The notes beneath the pieces were generated by a model that had not been told where the DNA came from, did not search any database, and was given only the letters and a program-made list of their open reading frames with translations. A DNA stretch of 63,537 bases, filler included, from Octopus bimaculoides (taxonomy: Eukaryota), in NCBI RefSeq assembly GCF_001194135.2. It is 7 parts of 6 records of this genome, joined end to end, with 100 filler letters (N's around TTAATTAATTAA, not from the genome) between each part and the next. Parts side by side here need not be neighbours in the genome. Positions count along the whole stretch, not along the records: positions 49,651 to 58,097 come from NC_069005.1; positions 58,198 to 63,537 come from NC_068982.1; 5 more parts are not named here. One strand, 5' to 3'. The position numbers and the translations under genes were made by a program. Positions 50,985 to 63,537 of this stretch are shown here, one piece after another (position 1 is the first letter of the stretch; each line of letters opens with the position of its first letter).

Positions 50985-51920
50985 NNNNNNNNNNNNNNNN
51001 NNNNNNNNNNNNNNNNNNNNNNNNNNNNNNNNNNNNNNNNNNNNNNNNNNNNNNNNNNNNNNNNNNNNNNNNNNNNNNNNNNNNNNNNNNNNNNNNNNNN
51101 NNNNNNNNNNNNNNNNNNNNNNNNNNNNNNNNNNNNNNNNNNNNNNNNNNNNNNNNNNNNNNNNNNNNNNNNNNNNNNNNNNNNNNNNNNNNNNNNNNNN
51201 NNNNNNNNNNNNNNNNNNNNNNNNNNNNNNNNNNNNNNNNNNNNNNNNNNNNNNNNNNNNNNNNNNNNNNNNNNNNNNNNNNNNNNNNNNNNNNNNNNNN
51301 NNNNNNNNNNNNNNNNNNNNNNNNNNNNNNNNNNNNNNNNNNNNNNNNNNNNNNNNNNNNNNNNNNNNNNNNNNNNNNNNNNNNNNNNNNNNNNNNNNNN
51401 NNNNNNNNNNNNNNNNNNNNNNNNNNNNNNNNNNNNNNNNNNNNNNNNNNNNNNNNNNNNNNNNNNNNNNNNNNNNNNNNNNNNNNNNNNNNNNNNNNNN
51501 NNNNNNNNNNNNNNNNNNNNNNNNNNNNNNNNNNNNNNNNNNNNNNNNNNNNNNNNNNNNNNNNNNNNNNNNNNNNNNNNNNNNNNNNNNNNNNNNNNNN
51601 NNNNNNNNNNNNNNNNNNNNNNNNNNNNNNNNNNNNNNNNNNNNNNNNNNNNNNNNNNNNNNNNNNNNNNNNNNNNNNNNNNNNNNNNNNNNNNNNNNNN
51701 NNNNNNNNNNNNNNNNNNNNNNNNNNNNNNNNNNNNNNNNNNNNNNNNNNNNNNNNNNNNNNNNNNNNNNNNNNNNNNNNNNNNNNNNNNNNNNNNNNNN
51801 NNNNNNNNNNNNNNNNNNNNNNNNNNNNNNNNNNNNNNNNNNNNNNNNNNNNNNNNNNNNNNNNNNNNNNNNNAATATTAACAATCTTTTCTACTAAAGG
51901 CAAAAGGCCTACTACTACTG

Positions 51921-51971
<51 letters not shown>

Positions 51972-52063
51972 ATAATAATAATAATAATCATAATAATAAT
52001 AATACATGTACATTGATTTGTCTTTGTATAAAAAGATGGGCTACAGCAAATATTCTGCTCATA

Positions 52064-52621
52064 TGCCCTGATGCAGTACCAGGCAGGGTCTCTCATGGCT
52101 TCTGATCTTAATTGATTGGAAGTATTTTCATGTACATTGTTTTGTCTTGGTATAAAAAGATGGGCTACAGCAAATATTCTGCTCAATACCACAGATTTGC
52201 TTGTCAGTTATTTGACCATAACCACTTGAGCATGCCCCTTGGTAGTTGACGATATGTTGCATTTCTGATCATGAGCAGAAGTAGTGGGGGAGCATCATAG
52301 TCATGTGTTGAGAGGAATTCTTTGGGGTTTGAATAATTCACCTTTGTAAACATGGGTGTTTTGTTCAACATCCTTAAACAAACCTTAATCAAGGACCTTT
52401 TGAGCGGGATGGGCTACTCAACCTGACGAAAATTCTAACTGGGACCCACCTGCGAAGTCATACACTGTTTATCTTGATATGAGAATCACCATGTCGTGCA
52501 CATGTGGTTGTGATGCATGTGCCTGGTGTACCCTTATCAGACGGGTAGTCATGATGGGTATACTGGGCTTCGTATATTTTACCCCAGTGTCACTTTGATG
52601 GCATGCACTGCTCTCTCACTC
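52064..52621. mobile_element. Element X, full-length copy (internal fragment duplicated at ~52005-52061)
   Basis: Same two ends as other copies; followed by a (TAA)n tract of ~100 bp. Confidence 0.85.
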
Positions 52622-52722
<101 letters not shown>

Positions 52723-52726
52723 CAAC

Positions 52727-53096
52727 AACGTTTCTCTAAAAGAAATGGAAAAAACTTTCAAAATACGAAGACCTGGAAATAGAGATAACTCGAATGTGGA
52801 ATCTAAAAACAGAAACAATTCCTATCATAGTAGGTGCCTTAGGTATCATAAAAAAATATTCAGACAAATACATAACAAAAACACCAGGACTTACAAATAT
52901 ATATAACATACAGAAAATTGCACTACTGGGTACTGCACACAGTCTACGCAAAACACTTTCAATACAGTAAACATAAGAGCACCACAGCAAACCACAGCAC
53001 ATACCCAAGGCACACAGAGCTGCGCTCGGTAGTGAAGTGAAAGCACGTTATAAAAATAAAACTACTGAACAATAATAATAATAATAATAATGATAA
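52727..53096 (+). mobile_element. 5'-truncated R4/Dong LINE (RLE C-terminus, 3' UTR, TAA tail)
   Basis: NVSLKEMEK/LSKYEDLEIEITRMWNLKTETIPIIVGALG...QKIALLGTAHSLRKTLSIQ* with ExxxKY restriction-like endonuclease motif. Confidence 0.9.
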
Positions 53097-53409
53097 TATG
53101 TACCAATAATAATAATAAGCATAGCAATTTATGAAGATTAACTTTGACGCAACACTTTACGAAGGTAAATAATTGGATCAACACATGCGAGAATAGAATA
53201 TACAAATTTGATTTCTAAGTTATTGTTGGTTTTACAGCTTTCGGTTCGAAGCTATAAAGGTACGATATTTACATCTGCTTCCGTTATACAGTGTTAGCTA
53301 TAATCTGTAGCTTTTCTCAGTGTTGCATAGATATTTGTTATGTATTCTTTTACAAACTCAACATAACATGCATTTATATAGTTATGCTTCTGTTTATCTT
53401 TTATTTTAT

Positions 53410-53582
53410 TTCAGTCATTAGACTGCGGCCAAGCTGGGGCACCACCTTGAAGAATTTTGCATGAACGTATCGACCCCAGTAATTATTCTGTTAGTTTCTT
53501 TTTGCCAAACCGCCGTGTTATATGGATGTAAGCACATCACCACCGCTTGTGAAACAGTCGTCAAACGCAAACACACACACAG

Positions 53583-53625
<43 letters not shown>

Positions 53626-53740
53626 CACACACAACGGGTTTCTTTCGGTTTCTATCTATCAAATCAACCCACAAGGTCTTGGTCGGCCCATGGCTATAGT
53701 AGACAGCATTTGTTCAAGGTGAAACGCAGTGGGACTAAGA
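53410..53740 (-). mobile_element. Diverged family B SINE
   Basis: tttcagtcattagactgcggcc...ggctatagtagacagc...cgcagtggga. Confidence 0.75.
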
Positions 53741-53742
53741 CT

Positions 53743-54335
53743 AGCACACCGGGCAAAACGCTTAGCGCTATTTCGTCTGTTGTTACGTTCTGAGTTCAAA
53801 TTCCACCGAGGTCGACTTTGCCTTTCATCCTTTCGGGGTCGTTAAATTAAGTACCAGTTACGCACTGGGGTCGATGTAATCGACTTAATCCGTTCGTCCG
53901 TCCTTGTCTGTTCCCTCTATGTTTAGCCCCTTGTAGGCAATAAAGAAATAGGTATTTCGTCTGCTGTTACGTTCTGAGTTCAAATTCTACCGAGGTTGAC
54001 TTTGCCTTTCATCCTTTCGGGGTCGATAAATTAAGAACCAATTACGCACTGCGGTCGATGTAATTGACTTAACCCCTTTGTCTGTCCTTGTTTGTCACCT
54101 CCATGTTTAGCCCCTTTTGGACAATAAAAGAATAAGAAACGTTGGCACGCCGGGCGAAATGCTTAGCGGTCTTTCGTCTGCCTTACGTTCTGAGTTCAAA
54201 TTCCGCTGAGGTCAACTTTGCCTTTCATCCTTTCGGGGTCGACACATTAAGTACCAGTTGCGTACTGGAGTCGCTCTAATCGACTGGCCCCCTTCTCCAA
54301 AATATTTCGGGCCTTGTGCCAAGAGTAGAAAAGAA
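53743..54335 (+). mobile_element. Head-to-tail triplet of family A SINEs with two different 3' tails
   Basis: ttacgttctgagttcaaattc..cgagg..gactttgcctttcatcctttcggggtcg occurs three times. Confidence 0.9.
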
Positions 54336-56604
54336 TATCAATATTCTCAGTCAGTCGTCAAACGAGCAGAATCATTACAGCCTCGAATAAATGCTTTACA
54401 GTATTTATTCCGACTGTTTACATTCTGACTGCAAACCCCACCGAGCACAACAATGCTTGTTATCCTTTTGACAGTCTTGTAAGTAAATCAGAAAAAAATT
54501 CTTTTATTTTATTCATAAGAATGTGTCCACGCTGAAGTATTAATTTTTGTGAGGGCTTCAGTCAATTAAATCGGTTTCATTAATTAATTCATTCTGGTAT
54601 ATATCGATCTCTATTGATCGAATTCAAACCAACTGTCTGTCATCTTCGAAAAATTCGTTTAGCTTAAGGCTGTGATTGATTAAAATCTGATGTATAGTAA
54701 CTGTACTGAGTCTCGCTGGATGAACTGTTCTCCGGTGGGTAACTTACCAACTCATCCTCTTCTTTAAAGGCACAGTCTTATTATCGGATGAATTTAAAGA
54801 CCATTCATATGCAAGCATGCAGGCCCCGTTCCTAGCTGGAATAAATTCCACTATTTCTATAGTCATAGCCTCAGTACCTCAGTAAAATTTTCTGGGTACA
54901 GTTCATACGCTACTGACGAATCAATTAAGAGGAAACCATAGAAACCATGCAATCAGTTAGTGTTTCTAGCTTGTTTAACCAATTGTTAAACACAACGTAC
55001 ACACATTCAAGGCGAAGGCGTGTTTCATTAGTTCAGAAAGTCTTGTAGCAATCGTTGAAGCCCAATACGTCATTTTAGTCAAATGTCTTCTAACGATAGA
55101 CTGAAGTCGACCCAAAACTTAACTGGCAAGTTGGGAGGCAAAACATGGGTGGAATCCCGCCCCAAAGATTGTATTCTGCCTGAGGATTATGTTGAGGGTA
55201 CATGTTCCTAGGGACTATTCAGCTCCTTAGGGTTAATATAGGGGATTCAGTTGCTCGAAGAAGTGAAACATTAATCGCTGAAAGCTAAGTTTAATGATTT
55301 GTTTTACATATACAATGTCTGATGCCACCCACGAATAAATATGACTCGCTGAAGTGTGCCTTGTTTGCGCTACTTGTTTTAGTTGACTCAATAGCTGAGA
55401 GCAGACACATACGCTCTTTCGATTTTCCATCCTTTAACCGAGCGGCATATCCAGCATGTGACAGATAAAGAGCGAGAGTGGGGGGAGGGAAGGAGAGGGA
55501 AGGAAGGAGAGGGAGGGAGGGGAGGGAAGGAAAGATAGGAGAAATGCACAGAGAGGGTATTTTCAACTGAGTAAACTGTAAATCAGGGAAACGTAAAAAT
55601 GAAGGGCCTTGCTCAACGTTACGAGGCACGTCCTGTTAAAGGATTTAAACTCATAACCTTATAATCATCTCTGAACAACTAAACCATGCGCCTACACTAC
55701 TTTACTTACTCTCCAGTGCATATAGACACGACCCCACAAAAAGAAACATAAACATAGATATAATGTATGCATATACATATAGCTATATACATATGCATGT
55801 GTGCGCGCGTGCGTGTATTACAAATAACTATAAAATATCAAAGGGAAATGAGCTACATACAGCAACGTTATGCAATGAATAGAAAAAAACTCATTTATTC
55901 GATGTAATACGGAAAACATAGGTTGATATAAAACCGTATTTACAGTAACAAATTTAGCAAATAAATTGATAGCTTACTGATAAGATATGGAAATTTTATA
56001 GTCTATAGCAATAAAACATATAGGATATGGGTAATTTTTCAAACAAGCAAAAAAAGAACCCACTCAACAAAGATTTTTAAAAATTGTTATTTAATCTGTG
56101 AATATCGTTCGCTTATCATTATTTTTAAATGCAATGCCAATAGGCAATATAGTGCTGGAATATATTTACTGACGTATATAAAACACTGATAAACCTATAT
56201 TAAGTCAATAACGATGTTTGACTTCTGACAATGGATAATGATTGGAAAGACACTTGAATTTCATTCACCTTTGACTCAGTTTCCTTCCCATCAATGGAGT
56301 AGAGTCCATTTGATGAGTAATAAGAATTGTTAACAAGGGAGAAGACTATGTCAAACGACATAAGTCGTTTGAGAGATAAGTTAATTAAATAAACGTACGT
56401 GATATGTTTCGACTAATGTTTAGTGATTAGGCTGAACATTTCAATAACAGCAGTGTTGTGTACAATTACCTTCATAAGTCGCTCTAAAAGAGAAAGCTAT
56501 GACATAAACAAAAATGGTAGAATAATGTTGCTTCTGTCTTGGTATTCTAAGAAAGATTATTTTCGTAATATGGTAACATTGGTATTCTAACAAAGATTAT
56601 TTCC

Positions 56605-56995
56605 GTAACATGGTTCAATTTCCGTCCAGCTACGTGGCACCTTAGCCAAGTGTCTTCGGCTATAACCCCGGTAACCAAAGTTTTGTGAGTGGATTTGGTA
56701 AACATAAACTGGAAGATGCCCAATATATGTGTATGTGTGTGTGTGCGTGTGATTGAGTGTATGCGTGTATGTGTGTATGTGTGTGTGCGTGTATCTGTGT
56801 TTGTGTTTTGTTGGTTTGTCTGTGTTGAATTTGTCCCTCACCACCGGTGTTGGTTGGTTTACGTCACCGTAACTTAGTGGTTCGGCAAAAAAACACCTGA
56901 TAGAATGAGTGCCACGGTTAAGAAGATAGACACTGATTTTTTTTTTTCCAATTAAAACCTTCTAGGTGAAGTCTCAAAATCGCCGAGGTCCACTG
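56605..56995 (+). mobile_element. Diverged family B SINE
   Basis: gtggcaccttagccaagtgtc...gtgagtggatttgg...gtaacttagtggttcggcaaaa. Confidence 0.75.
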
Positions 56996-57139
56996 ACTCA
57001 AATAGTTAAGAGGAAAGATAACGTTTACTACGTGTGGTCCACTAATATTACATTGACTATTACAAATGACTATTATAAGTAAATACCTTTGGCCGTTTAC
57101 TTATAATAAACAGAAACTCATGGAATATCTTGTCGTTCA

Positions 57140-57510
57140 CTAAGAAAAATATTTACTGCGGAATAGTACTCTTGGGGAAAAAAAACTGCTTTGTATGGGT
57201 ATAATGAGTTTCACATAATAGTACTATTAAGTTGCTCACTTATAGTCGTCCAGAAGGCCTTGGGATATTTTGCTTTTTACCAGGAAAAAGCATTTACTGC
57301 GGAATAGTAGTAGGTTGCCACAAAAACTGCTTTGTGTCTGTATAATGAGTTTCGCATGAAAGAACAATCAATCTGTATAATTACCCACAAACCCTGGGTC
57401 TATATTGTCTTTTACCAGGGAAAGAAAAGACAAAAAGAATACATTAACTGCCGTGTAATATTACTGGACAGGAAATCTCTTTCTATAATGGGTTTAACAT
57501 GAAACGTACT
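57140..57510. repeat. Degenerate ~140-150-bp tandem repeat (about 2.5 units)
   Basis: atttactgcggaatagta...aaaactgctttgt...tataatgagtttc...ttttaccagg recurs. Confidence 0.65.
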
Positions 57511-57869
57511 TTTGTGCAAACAACAAACTTCAAGTGCAACCAAAGACTGAATATTCACAACTAACACACAAAATCAATAAAAAGTCCGACTGTATCAATT
57601 GTTTACTTTGATCTGAAAATAAGTATTGGATACTTTCTACATTCCTCTAAAGTTATATGGAATTGCACGAATTCAGTTCAGCAAGCTAATGAAAAACTAA
57701 TTAATTCCTCTGTTATTGGAGTTGTTGAAGGGTCGAAAGCAAATTTCGGCGTGATATCCGTCCTGGCTTTCCCTAAGCATCTCGTGTTCATATCTTTCCC
57801 GGCGTAAACTTTACTCAGTAGAATATTAGGGCAAATCCCAGTCTACTAATGAGATCGATTCCTTTGTTG

Positions 57870-58097
57870 TTGTTCTTCTTCTTCTTCTTTTTCTTCTTCT
57901 TCTTCTGCTCTTTCTTTTTCTTCTTCTTCTTCTTCTTCTTCTTCTTCTTCTTCTTCTTCTTCTTCTTCTTCTTCTTCTTCTTCTTCTTCTTCTTCTTCTT
58001 CTTCTTCTTCTTCTGTTTTCATCATCATCATCATCATCATCATTTTTAACGTCGTCCTCCTTTTCCTCTCCCTCATTACCATCATTATCATCATCAT
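57870..58097. repeat. (TTC)n and (TCA)n microsatellites
   Basis: Direct reading. Confidence 0.95.
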
Positions 58098-58197
58098 NNN
58101 NNNNNNNNNNNNNNNNNNNNNNNNNNNNNNNNNNNNNNNNNTTAATTAATTAANNNNNNNNNNNNNNNNNNNNNNNNNNNNNNNNNNNNNNNNNNNN
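58098..58197. other. Artificial scaffold spacer
   Basis: 44N-TTAATTAATTAA-44N. Confidence 0.95.
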
Positions 58198-58236
58198 AAT
58201 GTAAATAATTCCTCATTTCTTAAATATAGAACTGTA
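58198..58236 (+). mobile_element. Extreme 3' end of a PLE pLTR
   Basis: aattcctcatttcttaaatatagaactgta is the reverse complement of ~12395-12425. Confidence 0.7.
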
Positions 58237-58360
58237 TTATCTATAAAACCGTCAAAAGCTTGTTTATTTTTATGTTTTTTGATTTATTATTAGTGTTGCT
58301 TAATATGTTGTGCTAAAATTGCTGTTTCTTTTCAGATATCATCAGAAAACGGTAATTAAA

Positions 58361-58778
58361 ATGACAGATCTATCGGACTTTCAAAGAGGTCAAATTATTG
58401 GTGCTCGCATGGCAGGCGCTAGCGTAACGAAAACAGTCGAAATGTTTGATGTATCAAGAAGTCCTGTCTCGAAAGTAATGACAACTTTTGAGAGGAGGAA
58501 AAACCTCCTCGTCGAAACAAAACTCTGGAAGAAAACCAAAACTTTCAGATAGGGACCGCCGGACTCTTACGCGAATTGTTAGAAAGGATCACAAATGTAC
58601 AGCTCCCAAAATTACTGCAGAGCTTAATGACTACCTCATGAATCCAGTTTTCACAAAAATTCTTCGCCAGGAGCTGCACAAAGCCGGATTTCACGGGAGG
58701 GCTGCAATCAGAAAACCACTATTTTCAAAAACAAACCGTTGCAAAGCGTTTAAGAGTGGAATAAAAACCTACAGGATT
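58361..58778 (+). pseudogene. Tc1-family transposase N-terminal (paired/HTH) region, frameshifted, truncated by a gap
   Basis: MTDLSDFQRGQIIGARMAGASVTKT...NSGRKPKLSDRDRRTLTRIVRK...ELHKAGFHGRAAIRKPL. Confidence 0.9.
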
Positions 58779-59050
58779 NNNNNNNNNNNNNNNNNNNNNN
58801 NNNNNNNNNNNNNNNNNNNNNNNNNNNNNNNNNNNNNNNNNNNNNNNNNNNNNNNNNNNNNNNNNNNNNNNNNNNNNNNNNNNNNNNNNNNNNNNNNNNN
58901 NNNNNNNNNNNNNNNNNNNNNNNNNNNNNNNNNNNNNNNNNNNNNNNNNNNNNNNNNNNNNNNNNNNNNNNNNNNNNNNNNNNNNNNNNNNNNNNNNNNN
59001 NNNNNNNNNNNNNNNNNNNNNNNNNNNNNNNNNNNNNNNNNNNNNNNNNN

Positions 59051-59095
<45 letters not shown>

Positions 59096-61344
59096 TGTGT
59101 GCATGTGTGTGTGTGTGTATGTGTATGTGTGTGTGATTGGTTCAGTTCAGTACATTGTTATGTCCGTGTGTTGAAATTGCACTGTTGCCGACAATAAAAT
59201 ATGAGCCAGTTATATATTGAGAAGCTCCGATTCAATCGATGATATCAGCTAGAAGAATCGATTTAGTACAAGAGTAATGTTACTTCCTGATGATCTGATA
59301 CACACATACACACACACACAAACACACGTACGTATGTATGTATGTATGTATGTATGTATGTATGTATGTATGTATGTATATGGCTCATATGAGGAATTAT
59401 TAAGGCTATTTATATGATCGATATTGAAAAGAGAGTCAGCAAAACACTCTACTGAACACATTAGCATAGAAGAAAGCCAACCGCAGCAAGTGCTTAAGAA
59501 AACGTAGAAACATAAAGGTTGTTTTTTTTACAAAAAACATCACCATCATCATCACCACCAACAACAACAGTAACACCAGCAGGTGCAGTAGCAGCGTCAA
59601 TAGTAGTACTAACAGCAAAAACGTCAAATATTTAAAAACATAGGTCATGCCAGCGCATTTTGCTCTGATCGATGTGTTTGTCTTGGATAGTTGTTTTTCT
59701 AACGTCATAGAAGTTCTTTCATCTAAGATGTTATTTCGTTTAAAATAAAAGCAAAACTAATCCAAACCAAACAAACGAACAATACAAAACAAAACATGAT
59801 GAAAAGAAAGGGAAAGAATGCTTCAAATGATAATAGAACCAACCAAATGATTAGGATTTCGAAACTGGTATATTACGCAATTATTATAAACAATTTTCTC
59901 CTTTCTTTAACTATCACATTTGTAAAGATTTTCAACAACATCATCTGGAAACTACTAACACTTGGAATGCGATGGATGTTCCAAGCTCACTGGAGATTAT
60001 TTTCTTTATTTCTTTATTCTTTCCGACATTGTACGATTCTTATTGGAGCATTACGTAACTACTGATTCTAAGACAGTTAAAAAGAGAAAGGGATGGAAAA
60101 ATTAAACATAGTATTTGACTAGTGCTTCCTTTATTGGTTCAGAATGGATGATAACCAAAGCTGACCTGCACATGATTTGAACTCAGGCTGTAGAGAACCG
60201 AAATCATTGCTGAGCATCATTTTATCCGATGCTGTCACAACTTTGACATTTCGCTGCCATTCTCCAACTGCAGAGTGCACAACCACAAAAGAAAATATTA
60301 TGATCAATGAAACGTTTCACAATATTTTGTTAACTTGTTTTACTCGTCAAGTTGCAGCAAAAGCAGCCTAGCATTTAAAGTAGAGGCGAAGAATCTTTCA
60401 CTCAATCTCCCACCTCCTTTTTTTTGATAAAGTGTCGAGATCACAGGAAGTAAGCCATGGGTAGTATATCAATTGTTGGTTCTAGGATCGCTCCCACTGC
60501 GTAATACCTTCTTCTATAGCCCCGTTTTGATTAATGTCTTGAATAGAATTTGGTGGGCTGAATGAGTATGACAACCATCAAGTATACACACATACACACA
60601 TACGCACACGCACGCGCAAATACACACACACATCTAGGGATTATCTGTATATGTATGTTTCTGTTTTTAACGCTATTCACACCGCCGAATTTAATAGTAC
60701 TGCTCAGCTGTCAAAACTATAATGGTATTTGTTTGGCAGCTGAAGATGGGAATGTATATTTGATATGCTTCTTTGTGAATTTTTATGCTTTCGCGATCTC
60801 GTTATTATGAGTTGTCTTTCATTTGTGTAAATTCGAGTGTTTGAGGATTCATGGCTGACCGTGATTACTTATTGGTTGATTTATTTCACAAATAATTTTA
60901 TTAGACTCGGATAGTCTAATAAACGATATTTGAAAATATGTTTTACACAACTGCGACTTTAGTTAAACCCTGACATCTGCTTAGCCGTTACATATGTGCT
61001 TATATGCATACGTATGTGTGTATGTATATACATACATACATACATACATACATACACACACACATTTACATACATGCACACATACATACGTACGTGCACA
61101 CACACGCATGCACACTCACACACACATACACAAAAACACACACACGCATATTATGACATATGTAAATGTATACAAAAATGCCTATATATAAAGTGTTTCT
61201 TTTTCCATTCAAGTAACGAAATAATTCTTTCAACTACAGACTCCATTGATTTATGTACAATTCAAAAACACTTCACACAAAAACTGAGACGGGGAATAGC
61301 AGAATAAAATAATTAAAGACGCAGTGACCTCGTAAACTTTACTA

Positions 61345-62623
61345 TTACGTTGTCCGGAAATTTCTGAGCGTCTTTTAATATGCAAAAAGGGATATAAATA
61401 ATTGACTTTTCAATAAACTTCAGTCAATAAAATAATTTCCATTATTATTAATGACCTTTGCCCATCGATCAGGCAATTTAAATATTTCATCAGTATAAAA
61501 TTTTACTGGTTTTGAAGAAAAAACGTTATCTAGATGCATTTTGACTGTCTAAATCTTTAAAAAATTTTCCTTGCATTCAGTTTTTGTAGAGACAAAAAAA
61601 AGTGGTAGTCGGATGGTGCAATATCAGGAGAAAATGGTGGATGGGATAAGAGATCCCAGCTAAGTTCATATAACTTTGTTCGGGTAGCCAAATAGACATG
61701 TGGTTGGGCATTGTCTTGTTGGAACACTATCCTTTTCCTGTTGGCAATCTCCGGCTTCAATTCTTTGATTTTCTTTCTTTTTGGTTCAAATTAGCCAGCT
61801 GACGGCAGTACACATCAAAATCAATGGTCCGGTTTTGTGGGAGAAACTCATCATAAATAACGTCTTTATGATCACACCAAAGCATAGATATTTTGGTATA
61901 GATATTCGTCTTTGATTGCTGTTTTGGGGAATCCTTACGCAAACTCCAGGACCTTTATCGCACTACGTTTTCGTACACAATCCATTTTTAATCTGCAGTC
62001 ACAATTTGTTTCAAAAAAGGCATGCTTTCATTCCGTTCCAAAAGCATATCACAAATGGGATACTGGTCCAATTCTTTTCTGAGTGTTTGTGAGGGATCCA
62101 TACATTATAGCGAGAAATGTATCCTAGCTTTACTAGGTGTTCATGAGCCGTACTTTTAAAGACTTCCAACTCCTCTGCAAGTTCTCTAGTTGTGATATTT
62201 GAGTCTTCTTCGATTTGGGCTTTCAAAACATTTTCGTCCAGTTTTGAAGCTCTTCCTCTGCGATTGTCATCTTCCAAAGTAAACTCTCCAGCTATAAATT
62301 TTGCAAACCACATTCGAACAGTTGATTCACCTACAGCATCATCACCATGAACTTCACAAATGTTTTTGTAAGTCTTAGCAGCATTCTCTCCATTTTTTTT
62401 TTTAAGAAAAACATTACAACGCGAATATGAAAATTTTAGTTATCCATTTCAAATGTCAATAAAGGGTAACCGGAATGAAAGATAAATCTATTTTTAGTCG
62501 GGAACAAAAAAGAGATCCACTTCAAGCTACGCCAAAGTTTTAGCTGTGTTACGTTTCAGGTGTGTTCAATGAAGCGTTAAAAAATATAGATGAAAAACGC
62601 TCAGAACTTTCCAGACAACCTAA
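61345..62623 (-). mobile_element. Full-length (1279 bp) defective mariner; transposase 62447->61420 with stops and frameshifts
   Basis: TIRs ttacgttgtccggaaatttctgagcg / cgctcagaactttccagacaacctaa with TA flanks; WIPH, DNAQPH and SPDIAPSDYH motifs. Confidence 0.92.
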
Positions 62624-63537
62624 TAATTCTAAATAATTTTCTTTCTTCTTTCCCACTTTGGCTTTAAGTCTCAATATTATATCTCTACTCTTTCTCTTTT
62701 ATGTTTACATTAACTTCCTTCACCTCATCCAGCTTCTCATCTACTTTCACTTTCCCTTCTCTTTCCAGTTACTCACAAACTTTCTCACTTGCACTACTTC
62801 CTATCTACTCAAGCACTGCCAATTTGTTTTGAGTCAGATACTGCTAGTTACTCTGATATAGAGAGTATAAAACTTGTCCGTTATTTCATTTTCCTTTTCA
62901 TCCCCAACCTGAAGAAGAAACTCTGTTTGAAACGTTACAAACTCCACTTCCCATGATATATAGACCTATTTTTAACACGGGATTGTATGTGGGTGTGTGT
63001 CTGTGTAGTGGAAAAAAGAGCAGGAAAAATTAAGTGTAAGTGTGTGTGCACTCGCGCGAGCATACACATACGTATGTGCATGTATATATATGTGTATATA
63101 TGTGTATACATGCTTTTTCTGTTGTATATGTATTTTTTATATGTATGTTTCATTTTGTCATTGCTCTATATGTTCGTTAGCTATTTTCAGTGGCTTTTCG
63201 CCAATGGCTCCACCAAAAGTGAACAATATCAACGTCAAAGGCGCGAAATTGTAAAGATCATTCGGACGTTCACTGATGAGGAATTAGCTATGAATTTTCT
63301 ATTTATATTTTTGTAAAATTTTTCGTTTGTTGCTTTTCTTAAATTTTTGTAATATACATTTATATTTAGGGGCGGGTATGTATGTATGTATGTATGTATG
63401 TATGTATGTATGTATGTATGTATTATGTATGTATGTATGTATGTATGTATGTATGTATAGCAAAACACAGCGTGAAACAAAAGAGTAATTTAAATATCAT
63501 AAAGTATCTTCAAAATGGATTTATTATTGCTCATATA

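Noticed and set aside
59854-60059. Open frame DFETGILRNYYKQFSPFFN... faintly like a Cys-loop receptor N-terminus
   Set aside because: No Cys-loop or other motif follows; similarity too weak
62908-62935. ctgaagaagaaactctgtttgaaacgtt as a third hammerhead
   Set aside because: Helix II lacks the closing C and no helix I partner is visible; at best a decayed PLE end

Overview
Repeat-dense, AT-rich, gappy animal genomic DNA. The SINE families, abundant (TA)/(TG)/(TAA)n microsatellites and TTAGGG repeats most resemble octopus; this is my inference, not a database hit. The window is not one contiguous locus. Six identical 100-bp spacers (44 N + TTAATTAATTAA + 44 N) cut it into seven pieces. No intact host gene is recognisable, only a few low-confidence candidate exons at 33-41 kb. 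Nearly all listed ORFs are microsatellite or N-gap artefacts or transposon remnants. Content: a scrambled Gypsy element (6.9-11.0 kb); a Penelope-like element with GIY-YIG, an inverted pLTR, hammerhead-like motifs and a tRNA-like head (12.4-14.9 kb); R4/Dong LINE fragments stacked in (TAA)n with a ~550-bp fixed-ended non-coding element; hAT, Tc1 and mariner remnants; MITEs, some carrying telomeric repeats; a 1.4-kb degenerate TTAGGG array; many tRNA-derived SINEs; and a tailless tRNA-Val retrocopy with a 16-bp TSD. Best leads: the TAA-associated fixed-ended element with Dong stacks, the tRNA-head plus ribozyme PLE terminus, telomere-repeat-bearing TIR elements, and the tRNA retrocopy. Coordinates were read by eye; degenerate boundaries are approximate.
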